Virus record (IMG/VR): IMGVR_UViG_3300011969_000001
Length of the DNA stretch: 51,157 nt
Source of the DNA: a virus
Strand: one strand, 5' to 3'
Part shown: positions 38,812 through 48,931 of the stretch, piece after piece
How the letters are laid out: each line of letters begins with the position of its first letter
How positions within the stretch are numbered: position 1 is the first letter of the stretch
Program-made: the position numbers and the translations under genes
The notes under the pieces: generated by a model
The model's input: the letters and a program-made list of their open reading frames with translations, nothing else
Told to the model about the DNA's origin: nothing
The model's database searches: none

Positions 38812-38840
38812 AACAAATAAACCTCTTTCTTTTCTTTAGA

Positions 38841-39758
38841 TTAATAAACGGCTACTGGGCTTTTGACTACGATGGTTGCATTTCCTGCATCCGTGGTGTT
38901 GTAGTAAGCATCAAACTCTAAGTCACAACGTACAAACTCTTGGCTCGTGTCAATGCTTGCTTTCTTGATATCACACATATTAAAGGTGAAAGTGAGGGCT
39001 ACGTTGACCCCTTGAGTAAAGGTCAAGACGATTGGAATATCTGCAGCACCGAGTAAATTCATTTCTGCCTCATCCTCGATATCGAACGTGAGCTTTCCAG
39101 ATATTTCAATCCGACCAGCAGATGCTTTTGAAGGAGCAGCACTGTTGTTTGCTCCATACAGGAGTTTACAGTCTCTCTTGATGTTGATTTCTCCACCGAC
39201 TAGGTTTAGGTTAGCAACGGCATTGACTGTGAGGGAACCTGTATAACCAAGGTGAGGAGCTACTGTGGTGTAAGTAGCAGTAGTAGTAGATACGACTGCT
39301 GATTTCAGGCCGATATACTTAGCATCCATTGTGAGTAGACCTTCTGTATCAAACTTGAAGGACAGATCTGAGATCAAGGAACCACCATAACCATGTTCTG
39401 CCACACCGTTGAAATAACTGAGGGTCAAAGAAGGAGGCATTGCATTTACAATTTTAAAAGTGTGAATCCACCCAGGAGAAGAACCTGTAACCACGTCTTG
39501 TCCGAAGATCCCTTTGAGGAAATATCCTACAGCATCAGCATAGGCATCACACGAGATATCAACTGAGCTAGATGTTACTCCGTCATAAACCTGGAACACT
39601 TTTGCAAGGTTAGCACGTCTACCCTCATCATTGATCTTTTTAACATCGTCCTGAGGTTTCACACTATTTACAGGAACCCAGAAGGTAGGAACTACTTTGG
39701 TACCATATACAGTTTCAAAGGCAAATCCCAGATGCTGGAGGGCTGCTAATTTTGTCAT
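38841..39758 (-). CDS. Major tail tube protein, paralogue B
   Basis: G.A.ET.YG, YIHTF, GRIEISGKLT; paralogue of 39792-40706. Confidence 0.85.
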   Translation of the reverse strand: MTKLAALQHLGFAFETVYGTKVVPTFWVPVNSVKPQDDVKKINDEGRRANLAKVFQVYDGVTSSSVDISCDAYADAVGYFLKGIFGQDVVTGSSPGWIHTFKIVNAMPPSLTLSYFNGVAEHGYGGSLISDLSFKFDTEGLLTMDAKYIGLKSAVVSTTTATYTTVAPHLGYTGSLTVNAVANLNLVGGEINIKRDCKLLYGANNSAAPSKASAGRIEISGKLTFDIEDEAEMNLLGAADIPIVLTFTQGVNVALTFTFNMCDIKKASIDTSQEFVRCDLEFDAYYNTTDAGNATIVVKSPVAVY

Positions 39759-39791
39759 TATTTATTTATCCCCTTTCAAGTTCACCTTTGA

Positions 39792-40706
39792 TTAGTAAGC
39801 TACAACTGCATTTTTCAAGATAACAGTACAGTTTCCTGCATCAGTAGCATTGTAGTAAGCATCAAATTCGAGATCTGCTCTGACAAATTCTTGTGAAGTA
39901 TCTATAGAAGCTTTTTTAATGTCTGCTATTGAAAATTGGAATATCAAAGATACGTTAGCACTTTGAGTAAAGGTCAAGACGATTGGAATATCTGCAGCAC
40001 CGAGTAAATTCATCTCGGTCTCGTCTTCCAGGTCAAACGTGAGCTTTCCAGATATTTCGATACGTCCTGCTGAACCCTTGCTAGGAAGTTGAGTACCGTT
40101 AGCCCCATACAGAAGTTTGCAATCCCTCTTAAAATTGATCTCACCACCAACGACATTCGTGTTCCCAGCTCCACCAACTGTTAAGGTTGCTTGGTATCCG
40201 AGGAAAGGAGCTACAGATGAATAAACAGGAGTGGTAGTAGTTACAGTAGTGGATTTCTGACCGATGTATTTAGCATCCAAAGTCAAGAGGCCTTCTGTAT
40301 CAAACTTGAAGCTAAGGTCACTAAGCAAAGATCCACCATAACCGTGCTCGGTTACACTGTTGAAATAGCTGAGTGTAGTGGAAGGTGCCATTGCATTTAC
40401 AATTTTAAAAGTGTGAATATATGGTCCTGCACCAGAAGGTGTATCTTGACCTAGCATTGCTTTCAGGAAATAACCGAGTGCATCGGCATAGGCATCCATG
40501 CTAATATCAACACTGGATGAGGTAACTCCGTCATAGACCTGAAAGACTTTAGAAAGACTTGCACGTCTACCTTCATCATTAATTTTCTTTACATCATCCT
40601 GAGGTTTTACGGAATTAACTGGGAACCAAAACATTGCAGCAACCTTAGTCCCAAAAACAGTCTCCATTGCAAGACCCATGTGTTGCAGTGCAGCTAATTT
40701 AGTCAT
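39792..40706 (-). CDS. Major tail tube protein, paralogue A
   Basis: As above; RBS GAAGGAGG. Confidence 0.85.
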   Translation of the reverse strand: MTKLAALQHMGLAMETVFGTKVAAMFWFPVNSVKPQDDVKKINDEGRRASLSKVFQVYDGVTSSSVDISMDAYADALGYFLKAMLGQDTPSGAGPYIHTFKIVNAMAPSTTLSYFNSVTEHGYGGSLLSDLSFKFDTEGLLTLDAKYIGQKSTTVTTTTPVYSSVAPFLGYQATLTVGGAGNTNVVGGEINFKRDCKLLYGANGTQLPSKGSAGRIEISGKLTFDLEDETEMNLLGAADIPIVLTFTQSANVSLIFQFSIADIKKASIDTSQEFVRADLEFDAYYNATDAGNCTVILKNAVVAY

Positions 40707-40732
40707 TATTTATCCTCCTTCAATTTTGAGTA

Positions 40733-40918
40733 TTATGCTTCTGGGTCAACTGGAGCTTCTGGAGCAACTAATTCATCTAGGGCTTCTGCATCATCAACTA
40801 AAACAAAAAGGGCATTATCAAAATCGTCTTCGACTTCAATAACGTCCCCTGGCTTTACGGAAATTCCCAGTGAGGGTAAATTTCCATCATATTCAGCCAT
40901 GTACTTTACACTTTTCAT
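40733..40918 (-). CDS. Small virion-module protein
   Basis: RBS GGAGG; VKPGDVIEV. Confidence 0.65.
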   Translation of the reverse strand: MKSVKYMAEYDGNLPSLGISVKPGDVIEVEDDFDNALFVLVDDAEALDELVAPEAPVDPEA

Positions 40919-40932
40919 ATAGGTCTACCTCC

Positions 40933-41382
40933 TTATTGAATGCCGTGGACCGTCATAACAACATCGAACTTCTTAACCCCAACTCGGAAAATTGTGTTCC
41001 CCTCGATCATCTGGGGAGCACTGGTATGAGTCTCCAGATCCTTTATGGCACTTCCATCAACGACTCCACCAAGGTTAAAGTTTAATCTCAACTGTACGTC
41101 GATAGCATCGAGAATATCATCAAAGATCTTTTCCCCATCTTCTGCTTTCGGGTAGTTGTCGATCATGATTATCTCTAGTAATGCAGTGTAGTTCAGTCTC
41201 CGTTTTCCCAATGGAGCAGGAGCTGAGACTTGATTTTCCTTGTTGTCTGGAAGGTAAATCGTGATCACAGGAGTTAAGCTGTTAGGGGTTAACCGTTGCC
41301 GAGCTGTAAACACGGATTTGACGTTTGGAATATTTCCATTCAAAGCTGTTTTGATTGCATTTTTAATTGCTTGCCGACCCAT
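40933..41382 (-). CDS. Tail terminator/completion protein
   Basis: Size and synteny; IKTAL...TPVITIY. Confidence 0.65.
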   Translation of the reverse strand: MGRQAIKNAIKTALNGNIPNVKSVFTARQRLTPNSLTPVITIYLPDNKENQVSAPAPLGKRRLNYTALLEIIMIDNYPKAEDGEKIFDDILDAIDVQLRLNFNLGGVVDGSAIKDLETHTSAPQMIEGNTIFRVGVKKFDVVMTVHGIQ

Positions 41383-41907
41383 TTACCTCACCAACTCTCT
41401 GAGGAATCTACCCATAAACTGATCACTGTATCGAGTCATGTTGCTCTCTGTGGCTAACCATTTTGCCGTTTTAACAGAGAATTGAACAGGCCACTCTGGA
41501 TTAAAGTGCCCGACTCCGTGGAATGTTTTACTCATAGTGATGCTGTCTGGGTTTCCTCGTTTACCAATAGGCCAGGACAGTCCATTCTTACGAGACCATA
41601 CTGCATTTGGACCTCCTGGGGAGCCTACATCCAAGTAGTTTCCATAGAAGTTTCCATCGAACGTAACTGCAAATCCGTTACCGATCATAGACACATCTTC
41701 ATGAATACTAGCTGCCATAGCTCCTGTACCATGAGTGGATCCAGCCCAGACTGACTTGGCTTTTACGAACGGCTTTATGTGCTCTCTAGCATCACTACCC
41801 ATCGTGTGAGCCAACCCTTCCATAAATAACTTCCAGTGTGGTTCTGCAGCAATGAATCTCTCCATTAAGACAATTCCGCTTCGATCAAGTTCTAAAGTAA
41901 AGGGCAT
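41383..41907 (-). CDS. Neck/tail completion protein (HK97 gp10-like)
   Basis: TGAMAASI, YG.YLDVGS; synteny. Confidence 0.6.
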   Translation of the reverse strand: MPFTLELDRSGIVLMERFIAAEPHWKLFMEGLAHTMGSDAREHIKPFVKAKSVWAGSTHGTGAMAASIHEDVSMIGNGFAVTFDGNFYGNYLDVGSPGGPNAVWSRKNGLSWPIGKRGNPDSITMSKTFHGVGHFNPEWPVQFSVKTAKWLATESNMTRYSDQFMGRFLRELVR

Positions 41908-42776
41908 TAGCTGATCACTCCTCGAATAAACGGACGAAGCATTTCTTTAGCTATATTTACATCGGTGCCTGTAGTTTGCTTTATGCCTTGCATAGTCTGT
42001 TCTCCCATGCTGATCGACATTGATCCACGTTCCTTTATTAGATAAGCCGTGAGTAAGATAGTTGCCTGTTTTACAGAATCGGGCAGAGCAGATACAGCAG
42101 TGCCTTTTAAATGAGCAAACATTGTTGGAGCTGTCAAGTTGACGATGTTTCCAACAACAGATAGGATCGTGACATCTTCAGTGAAATCTGAATCATAGAT
42201 TGTCAACGTCTGACCTACCATTCCTGTAGCATTCTGTACAGTTATTGAACTGGTCCCTGCCGTTGCACCTACATTTAGAATCGTGTTCGGGTATCCATTC
42301 ACATAGGTGTACTGAACAATTACGGGGATGTTCTTTAGGTCCCATTTGGCATAAGGAGTTCTATAAGGGATGATCGAGAAAGGTTGCACCCCTTCTGGAC
42401 TGATCATTGCTTGGCTCAGATTGTAGATAGTGAAGTATCTTTGAAACACAGATATGTCTGTTATAGTCAGTGGTACCCAGCCATTGATTGGGGACATTTT
42501 GTACTGTACAGAGTCTACTAACGTGATGATCGGAGTCATATCTGGATGGATTCTAATTAATCCAGAACCATTCATATAGACTTCTTTCGTCTCTGTGTTA
42601 CTAGTGGCTTCCAGAGTAGGCATCTTACATATTTGGTTGATCCACGAACTAGCTCTTCTAATCACGTTGGTCAATTCAGCATCGTTCTTTGTTTGAGAAG
42701 CCCCAGGGATTATATTGGAGCAGTCAATTGCCGTGGGGGAATTTTTAAATTCTTGAACCGTCAAATACATTGCCAT
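41907..42776 (-). CDS. Head-tail adaptor protein (gp6/gp15-like, with insertion)
   Basis: YLTVQEFK, IRRAS.WI..IC, QYTY..GY, LPDSVKQATILL. Confidence 0.65.
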   Translation of the reverse strand: MAMYLTVQEFKNSPTAIDCSNIIPGASQTKNDAELTNVIRRASSWINQICKMPTLEATSNTETKEVYMNGSGLIRIHPDMTPIITLVDSVQYKMSPINGWVPLTITDISVFQRYFTIYNLSQAMISPEGVQPFSIIPYRTPYAKWDLKNIPVIVQYTYVNGYPNTILNVGATAGTSSITVQNATGMVGQTLTIYDSDFTEDVTILSVVGNIVNLTAPTMFAHLKGTAVSALPDSVKQATILLTAYLIKERGSMSISMGEQTMQGIKQTTGTDVNIAKEMLRPFIRGVIS

Positions 42777-42794
42777 TAAGCATTTCCTCCCTCC

Positions 42795-43244
42795 CTATTT
42801 TTTGTATTTGCCAATTACGAGTAACGTGGATTGGCTCAATGGGAGGTGCCATTCTGTTGCATCTTCATCATCGAGTAAATCGGCAATCTCTTGAACTGCC
42901 TGACAGATTTCCTCAGGGATCTCCACAGCACCAGCAGTATAAGTCACACGTACTTTTTCGTAAGGCACTTGAAATACTGAAGGAGGAATATCTAAAACCT
43001 GTCCTATTTGGCAAATAATTTCGATAGGGATCTCAGTCCATCCGTTGATCCTAAGTTCATCAAACTTCAAGAACCCTTCACATAACAGAATTTCCACTGG
43101 CAAGCATCTAAGTTGGATCTGACTGCCAGTGTTTTTCCCAAAGGTGTGAACTTCAGTGTGACCAGATACGGCAAATGAATGACCAATTAATCGTTCAAAC
43201 ATTGCCTCTGCTTCTAGATGCTCACCTTCGATATAACGTCCCAT
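42795..43244 (-). CDS. Second head-tail adaptor-like protein
   Basis: AEAMFERLIG, VRVTYTAG..EIPEEICQAV..IA. Confidence 0.6.
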   Translation of the reverse strand: MGRYIEGEHLEAEAMFERLIGHSFAVSGHTEVHTFGKNTGSQIQLRCLPVEILLCEGFLKFDELRINGWTEIPIEIICQIGQVLDIPPSVFQVPYEKVRVTYTAGAVEIPEEICQAVQEIADLLDDEDATEWHLPLSQSTLLVIGKYKK

Positions 43245-43472
43245 CTATTCCACCGTCTTTGCAATTCCAACTTCTACAAGTTCAGCTGCTTCTTCAGCAG
43301 TCACTTCAGCAGACCCATCTTCAAACTTTGTGATACCAAGCTTGTGGGCAATATAATCGATCCCTTTACGAATATTTAGTAATTCAAGCTTAATCATGCT
43401 CATAGCTTCAGGGGCAACTTCCACAACTGCATCTAGAGCTACTTCAGTAACAACTTCTTTAACTTTAGCCAT
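43245..43472 (-). CDS. Small head-module protein
   Basis: RBS AAAGGAGG; follows capsid gene. Confidence 0.65.
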   Translation of the reverse strand: MAKVKEVVTEVALDAVVEVAPEAMSMIKLELLNIRKGIDYIAHKLGITKFEDGSAEVTAEEAAELVEVGIAKTVE

Positions 43473-43496
43473 TTGTTGATCCTCCTTTTACGTTTT

Positions 43497-43529
43497 AAAA
43501 AGTGGGGTATGCCAATTAAGACACACCCC
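43497..43529 (-). terminator. Intrinsic terminator after major capsid gene
   Basis: GGGGTGTGTC-TTAATT-GGCATACCCC + ACTTTTT. Confidence 0.8.
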
Positions 43530-43540
43530 GAGAGATTAGA

Positions 43541-44545
43541 TTATTTTTGGATATTTCCGATTACGTGGGCATAGGAAGCTCCCTTAACAACAGGTGCTCC
43601 GAATTGAACAGCTGTGTAGGTCTCGTTCAGGTTTTGGAGAGTTCCGAGTTGGAACAAACGAGGGGTCTTGGATCCGATGTAATGATACTCAACGAGTGAC
43701 TCACAAAGGATAATAAATGGGTAGTTGTGTTGCCCAACAGGAGCAGCAGCACCGAAGGAATCCATTCCCAAGAAAGGCTCAGGGATTAAAGGCAGAGTAC
43801 CGAGAGCAGTACGGATTGCAGAAACTGAGAGGCCTACACCTACTTCTGTAACATCAGATTCCATGTAACGAGTTACAGTTCCGATTGCATTCTTAGCTTC
43901 TTTTTCGAGCATGTCGAGAGCCAAAGGATTGATGTAGATTGAGAATTTTTGTCCGAGCAAGTTGTACTGGGTAGAAGCTGCCATCGTAGCACATTGGGTA
44001 CGAATGCTGTCGATGATTGAAGCAGCAGTTAAAATCGTTTGAACAGTTGTGATTTGGTTCATGAGACCAACATACTGGATTCCACCGTTGCCCACGACTC
44101 CACCGTTCACTGTGTCAGTACCATTCCAGAGAGCTTGTGCATGGAGTAATTGCATGGAAACAAGCATGTCGGACAAATCTTTTGCTTTCAACTCTGGGAA
44201 AACAGCTTGTTGTCCAACAGTCTCCATGTCAAAGAGGGAATAGGTCAATTGAGCAGTGATACCTTTGATTTGGACTGCCTTCTCCACACGAGTTGGGGAG
44301 CCATCGGCTGCCGAAATTGTCCCACCACCGAGTCCACCAGTTGCCGAGAACTGAGCTGATTGGATTGCAGTTTGCTCGAAGAAACGGCTAGGAGATCCAA
44401 CTGCAGGAACGTGCTGGATACGACCAGAGAGGATAGAAGTACGTTTGACGATGTCCGTGATTTCTTTTTGGAACTCGGGGACTAGGATGGCTCCTGTGGA
44501 CATTCCGTCATTGGCTGCAGCTTGAAAATCTACGAATTGTGCCAT
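43541..44545 (-). CDS. Major capsid protein
   Basis: 334 aa after protease; GAILVPEF, ALWNG, GLMNQI; synteny. Confidence 0.85.
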   Translation of the reverse strand: MAQFVDFQAAANDGMSTGAILVPEFQKEITDIVKRTSILSGRIQHVPAVGSPSRFFEQTAIQSAQFSATGGLGGGTISAADGSPTRVEKAVQIKGITAQLTYSLFDMETVGQQAVFPELKAKDLSDMLVSMQLLHAQALWNGTDTVNGGVVGNGGIQYVGLMNQITTVQTILTAASIIDSIRTQCATMAASTQYNLLGQKFSIYINPLALDMLEKEAKNAIGTVTRYMESDVTEVGVGLSVSAIRTALGTLPLIPEPFLGMDSFGAAAPVGQHNYPFIILCESLVEYHYIGSKTPRLFQLGTLQNLNETYTAVQFGAPVVKGASYAHVIGNIQK

Positions 44546-44586
44546 TTAAGTTAACCTCTTTCATTCTTTTATTTTTTTTACTAATT

Positions 44587-44618
44587 AAAAAAGACACTCC
44601 CGATTTAACGGAAATGCC
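44587..44618 (-). terminator. Intrinsic terminator directly upstream of capsid gene
   Basis: GGCATTTCCG-TTAAAT-CGGGAGTGTC + T6. Confidence 0.75.
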
Positions 44619-44652
44619 AAAATTGGTTTATTAAGTTGTAACGAGTGAGCTT

Positions 44653-45789
44653 CTACTTCAGTTCTTTAGCACGAAGTTCCCACTTAAGGGCTACTGCTTC
44701 AGAAGAGGATAAGTCAGTACGTGCATCAATGGTTGCAATTTGAGCTTCATAACTATCTGCATTGGCCTCGAAATTAAACTTCGCAGCCAACGTGGTAGGA
44801 TAAGCAAAACCCTTATGTGTGTGTTCTTGAACTGCTATAGCTTCTGCTTTCAGATCAGCTAGTTCAGCAGTAAGTGCATCTAAGGAAGCTTGTAGATCAA
44901 CAGCCATTGCTTGGAAATCGACTGTCTCTTCAACTACGACTACTTCATCAGCTAGTATAGCATCTTCTATAACTGCTTCTGCCTGTAGCTCTACAACCTC
45001 TTCCACGACTGGCTCGATCACTTCTTCAACTATAGGCTCGATGACAGGCTCAACGACTTCTTCAATCACAGGTTCAGCGATTGGTTCTACAACTTCTTCG
45101 ATGACTGGTTCTACTACAACTTCTTCTGCAATAACCTCTTCGGCCTTTGCTGTCAAAGTGTACTTAGCTTCGATGCTTTCCATAACCTTTGCAATAATTT
45201 CTTCGATTGGCAAAACGATATCCTCCTTTTTTCCTTCTTCTTCAGCTTGGGCTGCTAGGGATGTTTGTGAGTAGGCTGCTTTCTCTGCCAAGAGTATTGC
45301 TGCACCTGAAAACACAATGTCTCCACAGACCACAAGGACAGGCTCACTGTTATATATCCCATCCATAACTGGGGTGTTGATTGTCTCATAAGAGAACCCC
45401 AAGTCAGACTGAAACTCTTTGATGTCTGATGCTTCATCGGGAAAATCATGGGCATACACGTATCCACTCACATAAACTGGAACCGATCCATTCAGCAAGG
45501 ATTCTCCAGCCCAGGCTTCCTCGATCACTCCGATCTTATATTTAGCAACGTGTTTGTCCATCATCAGTGGGTCGAAGTCAACTGCCATCCCTTTCAGTGA
45601 AGCTAGTGAGGGGATCCCGAACTCACTTGGAATCATTACTTTCTTTCCTTTAGAACCACCAACTGCTTTGTCAGAAGGGATATCGAAATACGTCAAAAGA
45701 CCAGAGAAGGGCATACGATTCGGATGGGCTAAGTCACCTAAGTGGAAGCCAACCCCAGCTTGAAGAGAAAGTTTAAGATTCTTTTTCAT
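44653..45789 (-). CDS. Prohead protease/scaffold with acidic EEVVEP repeats
   Basis: Between portal and capsid; GFSYE, FSGAAIL; about 6 (E/I)EVVEP-type repeats near 44990-45140. Confidence 0.75.
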   Translation of the reverse strand: MKKNLKLSLQAGVGFHLGDLAHPNRMPFSGLLTYFDIPSDKAVGGSKGKKVMIPSEFGIPSLASLKGMAVDFDPLMMDKHVAKYKIGVIEEAWAGESLLNGSVPVYVSGYVYAHDFPDEASDIKEFQSDLGFSYETINTPVMDGIYNSEPVLVVCGDIVFSGAAILLAEKAAYSQTSLAAQAEEEGKKEDIVLPIEEIIAKVMESIEAKYTLTAKAEEVIAEEVVVEPVIEEVVEPIAEPVIEEVVEPVIEPIVEEVIEPVVEEVVELQAEAVIEDAILADEVVVVEETVDFQAMAVDLQASLDALTAELADLKAEAIAVQEHTHKGFAYPTTLAAKFNFEANADSYEAQIATIDARTDLSSSEAVALKWELRAKELK

Positions 45790-45809
45790 TTCTTTCTCAC
45801 CTCCCTTCA

Positions 45810-47237
45810 CTATTCTTTTTTAGGAACATCTTTAGCAATTGGGGTTCCTTTATGAAGATCATCTTTAGCAGGGGCACTAGCTCCGGCTACACCGTTAGCT
45901 CCTTTTTGAGCTTTGGTTGTTTGATCTGCACCAAGAGTAGGAGCAATAGGATCGGGAATTGGTGGGGCATACTTCTTTATGATCCAAGCTCTGTATTCAC
46001 TCAAAGTCATATCTCCAGGGGAGTGACCAAGCTCTTTATCATTAGGAAGTGGTGCATTTCCCATCTCATTACGAGACTCATTAATGGTCATACTGTCATC
46101 TTGCAAACGGACTTGATGCAGTACGGCTAATGCCTTCACATCGTTCTGGCTAGTAGTATAACGGAATTTGAACTCAGCTACATCGAAGATACCGAATCTC
46201 CGTAAGAAGTAATTGTTCATAGCTTCTTCAATACTGTTTGCTACTGGACGGACTGCTCCATCATCGGTAACCGAGTCCAGGGAATCTCCAGTACTCTTAT
46301 TCATGCTCCCGAGGATACCCATTTTCTGAGGATCAAGGCCGAAGGTATTTGCAACTAAAGTGATCAAATGTTGTTGGTGTTTTAGGAATAATGATTCGTC
46401 ATTCGATGCCCCGAGATCCAAGGTAGTCGGTGATTTTGTTCCTCCCATGATTGGTAAGGAATTACGACCTTCAACGTCATCTTTGAAATACATACGAACT
46501 TCTTTGACGAACTCTGGATCAGCATCTTCTCCTAGATGAAGCATTTTTTTCGGATGAGCTGAACTAGCAACCCCTCCGGCATATGCCATTGCATTTAGCA
46601 AATACTCGACTTCCTGGGCACATACTGACATTGGGCTTAATCCGAAAGGTTCACTTGTACGAGAATCAAACTTAATCACGAACAATTCACTAGGTAGGAA
46701 ATCAACTTGTGCTCCGTTACGAGCAAACTGTGCATACTTCCGGCTCTTTGGGCTACCGTCCCAATCCATATAAACTTGGAAAGAAGCAGCATCACTCGGG
46801 AATAGTAGTAATGGATGTTCGGGGTTTACACTCCAATCCTTCACGACCACTGTGCTCCAGCCGATTACCAGCATATCTTCGATCATCTTTTCACAGAACG
46901 AGGACCAAGTATCGTCTCCGTTAGGTGACTCAAATACGTTGTTCAGAGCTTGAATGATCTGCTTTTGCTTGGCAGTAGCTTTCTGGCCCGACTTAACTTC
47001 AATCCCACATTCCAATCGACTCACTTGAGTTTTAATGAATCTAATAGCACGTCTGGGAACTGAAGTTTCAGACAATGCTCGTAATTTAACGTAATTCATT
47101 TCTGCTCTAGAGCTAGAGCTTCCACCATGATTCTGTACAAACGATCCCCAGAAATATGGATTAGCTTGGCCTTTCTGTTCGGGAATACGTCCCAACATTG
47201 CATCGGCAGCTGCTCTCATTCTTTCAACGAAGGTCAA
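45810..47237 (-). CDS. Portal protein
   Basis: GLSP, FGLDP..MGI, MTINESR..MG..PL. Confidence 0.9.
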   Translation of the reverse strand: MTFVERMRAAADAMLGRIPEQKGQANPYFWGSFVQNHGGSSSSRAEMNYVKLRALSETSVPRRAIRFIKTQVSRLECGIEVKSGQKATAKQKQIIQALNNVFESPNGDDTWSSFCEKMIEDMLVIGWSTVVVKDWSVNPEHPLLLFPSDAASFQVYMDWDGSPKSRKYAQFARNGAQVDFLPSELFVIKFDSRTSEPFGLSPMSVCAQEVEYLLNAMAYAGGVASSAHPKKMLHLGEDADPEFVKEVRMYFKDDVEGRNSLPIMGGTKSPTTLDLGASNDESLFLKHQQHLITLVANTFGLDPQKMGILGSMNKSTGDSLDSVTDDGAVRPVANSIEEAMNNYFLRRFGIFDVAEFKFRYTTSQNDVKALAVLHQVRLQDDSMTINESRNEMGNAPLPNDKELGHSPGDMTLSEYRAWIIKKYAPPIPDPIAPTLGADQTTKAQKGANGVAGASAPAKDDLHKGTPIAKDVPKKE

Positions 47238-47260
47238 TAGCTTCGGCCTCCTTTCTTAAT

Positions 47261-48931
47261 TTAGATGCTTGAAATTGAACCTCTACCTGACTTCTTTCGG
47301 TCCTGTTCAATTATTTGAGAGAGGCAATCCAAAATGTCATCATTTTTCACTTTTGGGAAGTACCTCAACTGGTCTCCTAGCTCCCCTACAAGTTGTGTAG
47401 CAGAGAATCGTATATAACCATTAGTTACGAGAGGCTCAATAGAACTGATCCTCATCTCTTTTTTGACTGTGCTCTTATACTCACGGACCGACAAATAAAG
47501 GCCAGCAACTGCTGACCGTTTTTTTACTTCATCACTGAAGAACTGTTGAAATTGTATAGCCTCAACGGATACCCACTTGTAGTTGTAGAGCTTTGCTTTG
47601 TTTAGCAGATCATCAATGATTTGATCGGGTGCTCGTTTCCGGCAATCTACATCCAACACATAGTAAATTCCCGTTTTCGACTTACCAACAGTGAGAATAG
47701 CCGAGGGATCACTACGTTTCGTTTCTTTAAGTGAGGGATCGACACCCCCGATGATGGTCAGCTCATCAATGTTGAACTCGTTGATATCATAGGTGGTGTA
47801 ATGCTTAAAAACTTGTGTCTCGGTATCAATAGGAATATTTTGAAGCTCTGTTGAAAAGGAATAAGGATTGACTGTCCTCTGAACCATAATTTCATACAAG
47901 GGCATTCGTTCGGGCCACAGCACTTCTGCACCTTGGTTCATTGCTTCCAGATTATCCTCGTAATACTGCAATGCTTTTTTACCAGCAATTCTAGTAGCTT
48001 CCATTGCATCTTTACCATCAAGCCTGGAGTGATAGATCTTTGCCCAACGATCCCAGAGGTCCATGTTGTCTGGATAGCTGACTAGTGCTCGATACATCTG
48101 TGCATCCCACTCGGGTCGAGTGTTTGCCAGGGTTGCTAATAATGATTGATAATGAAGAACCGTTCCTACAATTATTTGACAAGAATCTTTAGGAGAACCA
48201 ATGTTACCCAAAGTTTGGTCAAACCAAGTTAATGTTTTTGCAATTTGTTCTGGGGTACTAACGTCACTAGGGCCTTCAAGGTCATCACCTACGATGTTTG
48301 GACGATGGGCCAAGTATCTCGTACCACGAAGACTGCCTCCAGTTCCTGCAGCCATTACCTTGATCAAATGCCCAGGATTTCCAGCTATAATTTCAAGTGA
48401 GTTCCACGTCTTTGTAGTGAGATCACCGAAGTCCTCTCGAATCCTCTTGTTCTCCTCTAAGGAGTTCTTCACCGTATTGAGCTGAACGGATGCGGTCCTT
48501 TCGGTATCACCAAGCAGGATCCAGTAGTATCTACCAACATCTTCGGCATAACAGATAAGCCAGCAGATGCCGATGTTAGAGATGAGGGTAGATTTACTAT
48601 GAGAACGAGGTGCCACAATCAACTTTTTACTAGGCACTCGACTCATGGCAGCCTCTCGAAAAGTAGCAGCTAATTCCCAATGAAATGGAGGGGACGGAGT
48701 GTGCTCTTGCAAGAGGTCACTCGTCTCACTACCTTTAAAGTAGGAAAATGCAAACGACATAATGTCCTGAAATCCATTCTCCATTCGTTGCATCATGTCT
48801 AGATCCAACAGAGCTTGCCGATATTTGACAAGATCTTCTTTACCGAGGCTTCCCGAAGAGTCTAGTTGCTCGTACAGGTTGATCTTCTTTTTTAGAAGAG
48901 CTATAGCTGCAATCCGATCACAAGATTTCAT
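47261..48931 (-). CDS. terL: Terminase large subunit
   Basis: APRSHSKST, LRG..RP.IVGDDLE, GVDPS, DDILD. Confidence 0.92.
   Translation of the reverse strand: MKSCDRIAAIALLKKKINLYEQLDSSGSLGKEDLVKYRQALLDLDMMQRMENGFQDIMSFAFSYFKGSETSDLLQEHTPSPPFHWELAATFREAAMSRVPSKKLIVAPRSHSKSTLISNIGICWLICYAEDVGRYYWILLGDTERTASVQLNTVKNSLEENKRIREDFGDLTTKTWNSLEIIAGNPGHLIKVMAAGTGGSLRGTRYLAHRPNIVGDDLEGPSDVSTPEQIAKTLTWFDQTLGNIGSPKDSCQIIVGTVLHYQSLLATLANTRPEWDAQMYRALVSYPDNMDLWDRWAKIYHSRLDGKDAMEATRIAGKKALQYYEDNLEAMNQGAEVLWPERMPLYEIMVQRTVNPYSFSTELQNIPIDTETQVFKHYTTYDINEFNIDELTIIGGVDPSLKETKRSDPSAILTVGKSKTGIYYVLDVDCRKRAPDQIIDDLLNKAKLYNYKWVSVEAIQFQQFFSDEVKKRSAVAGLYLSVREYKSTVKKEMRISSIEPLVTNGYIRFSATQLVGELGDQLRYFPKVKNDDILDCLSQIIEQDRKKSGRGSISSI

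Noticed and set aside
44990-45140. EEVVEP repeats as a separate repeat element
   Set aside because: Explained as an acidic low-complexity scaffold linker
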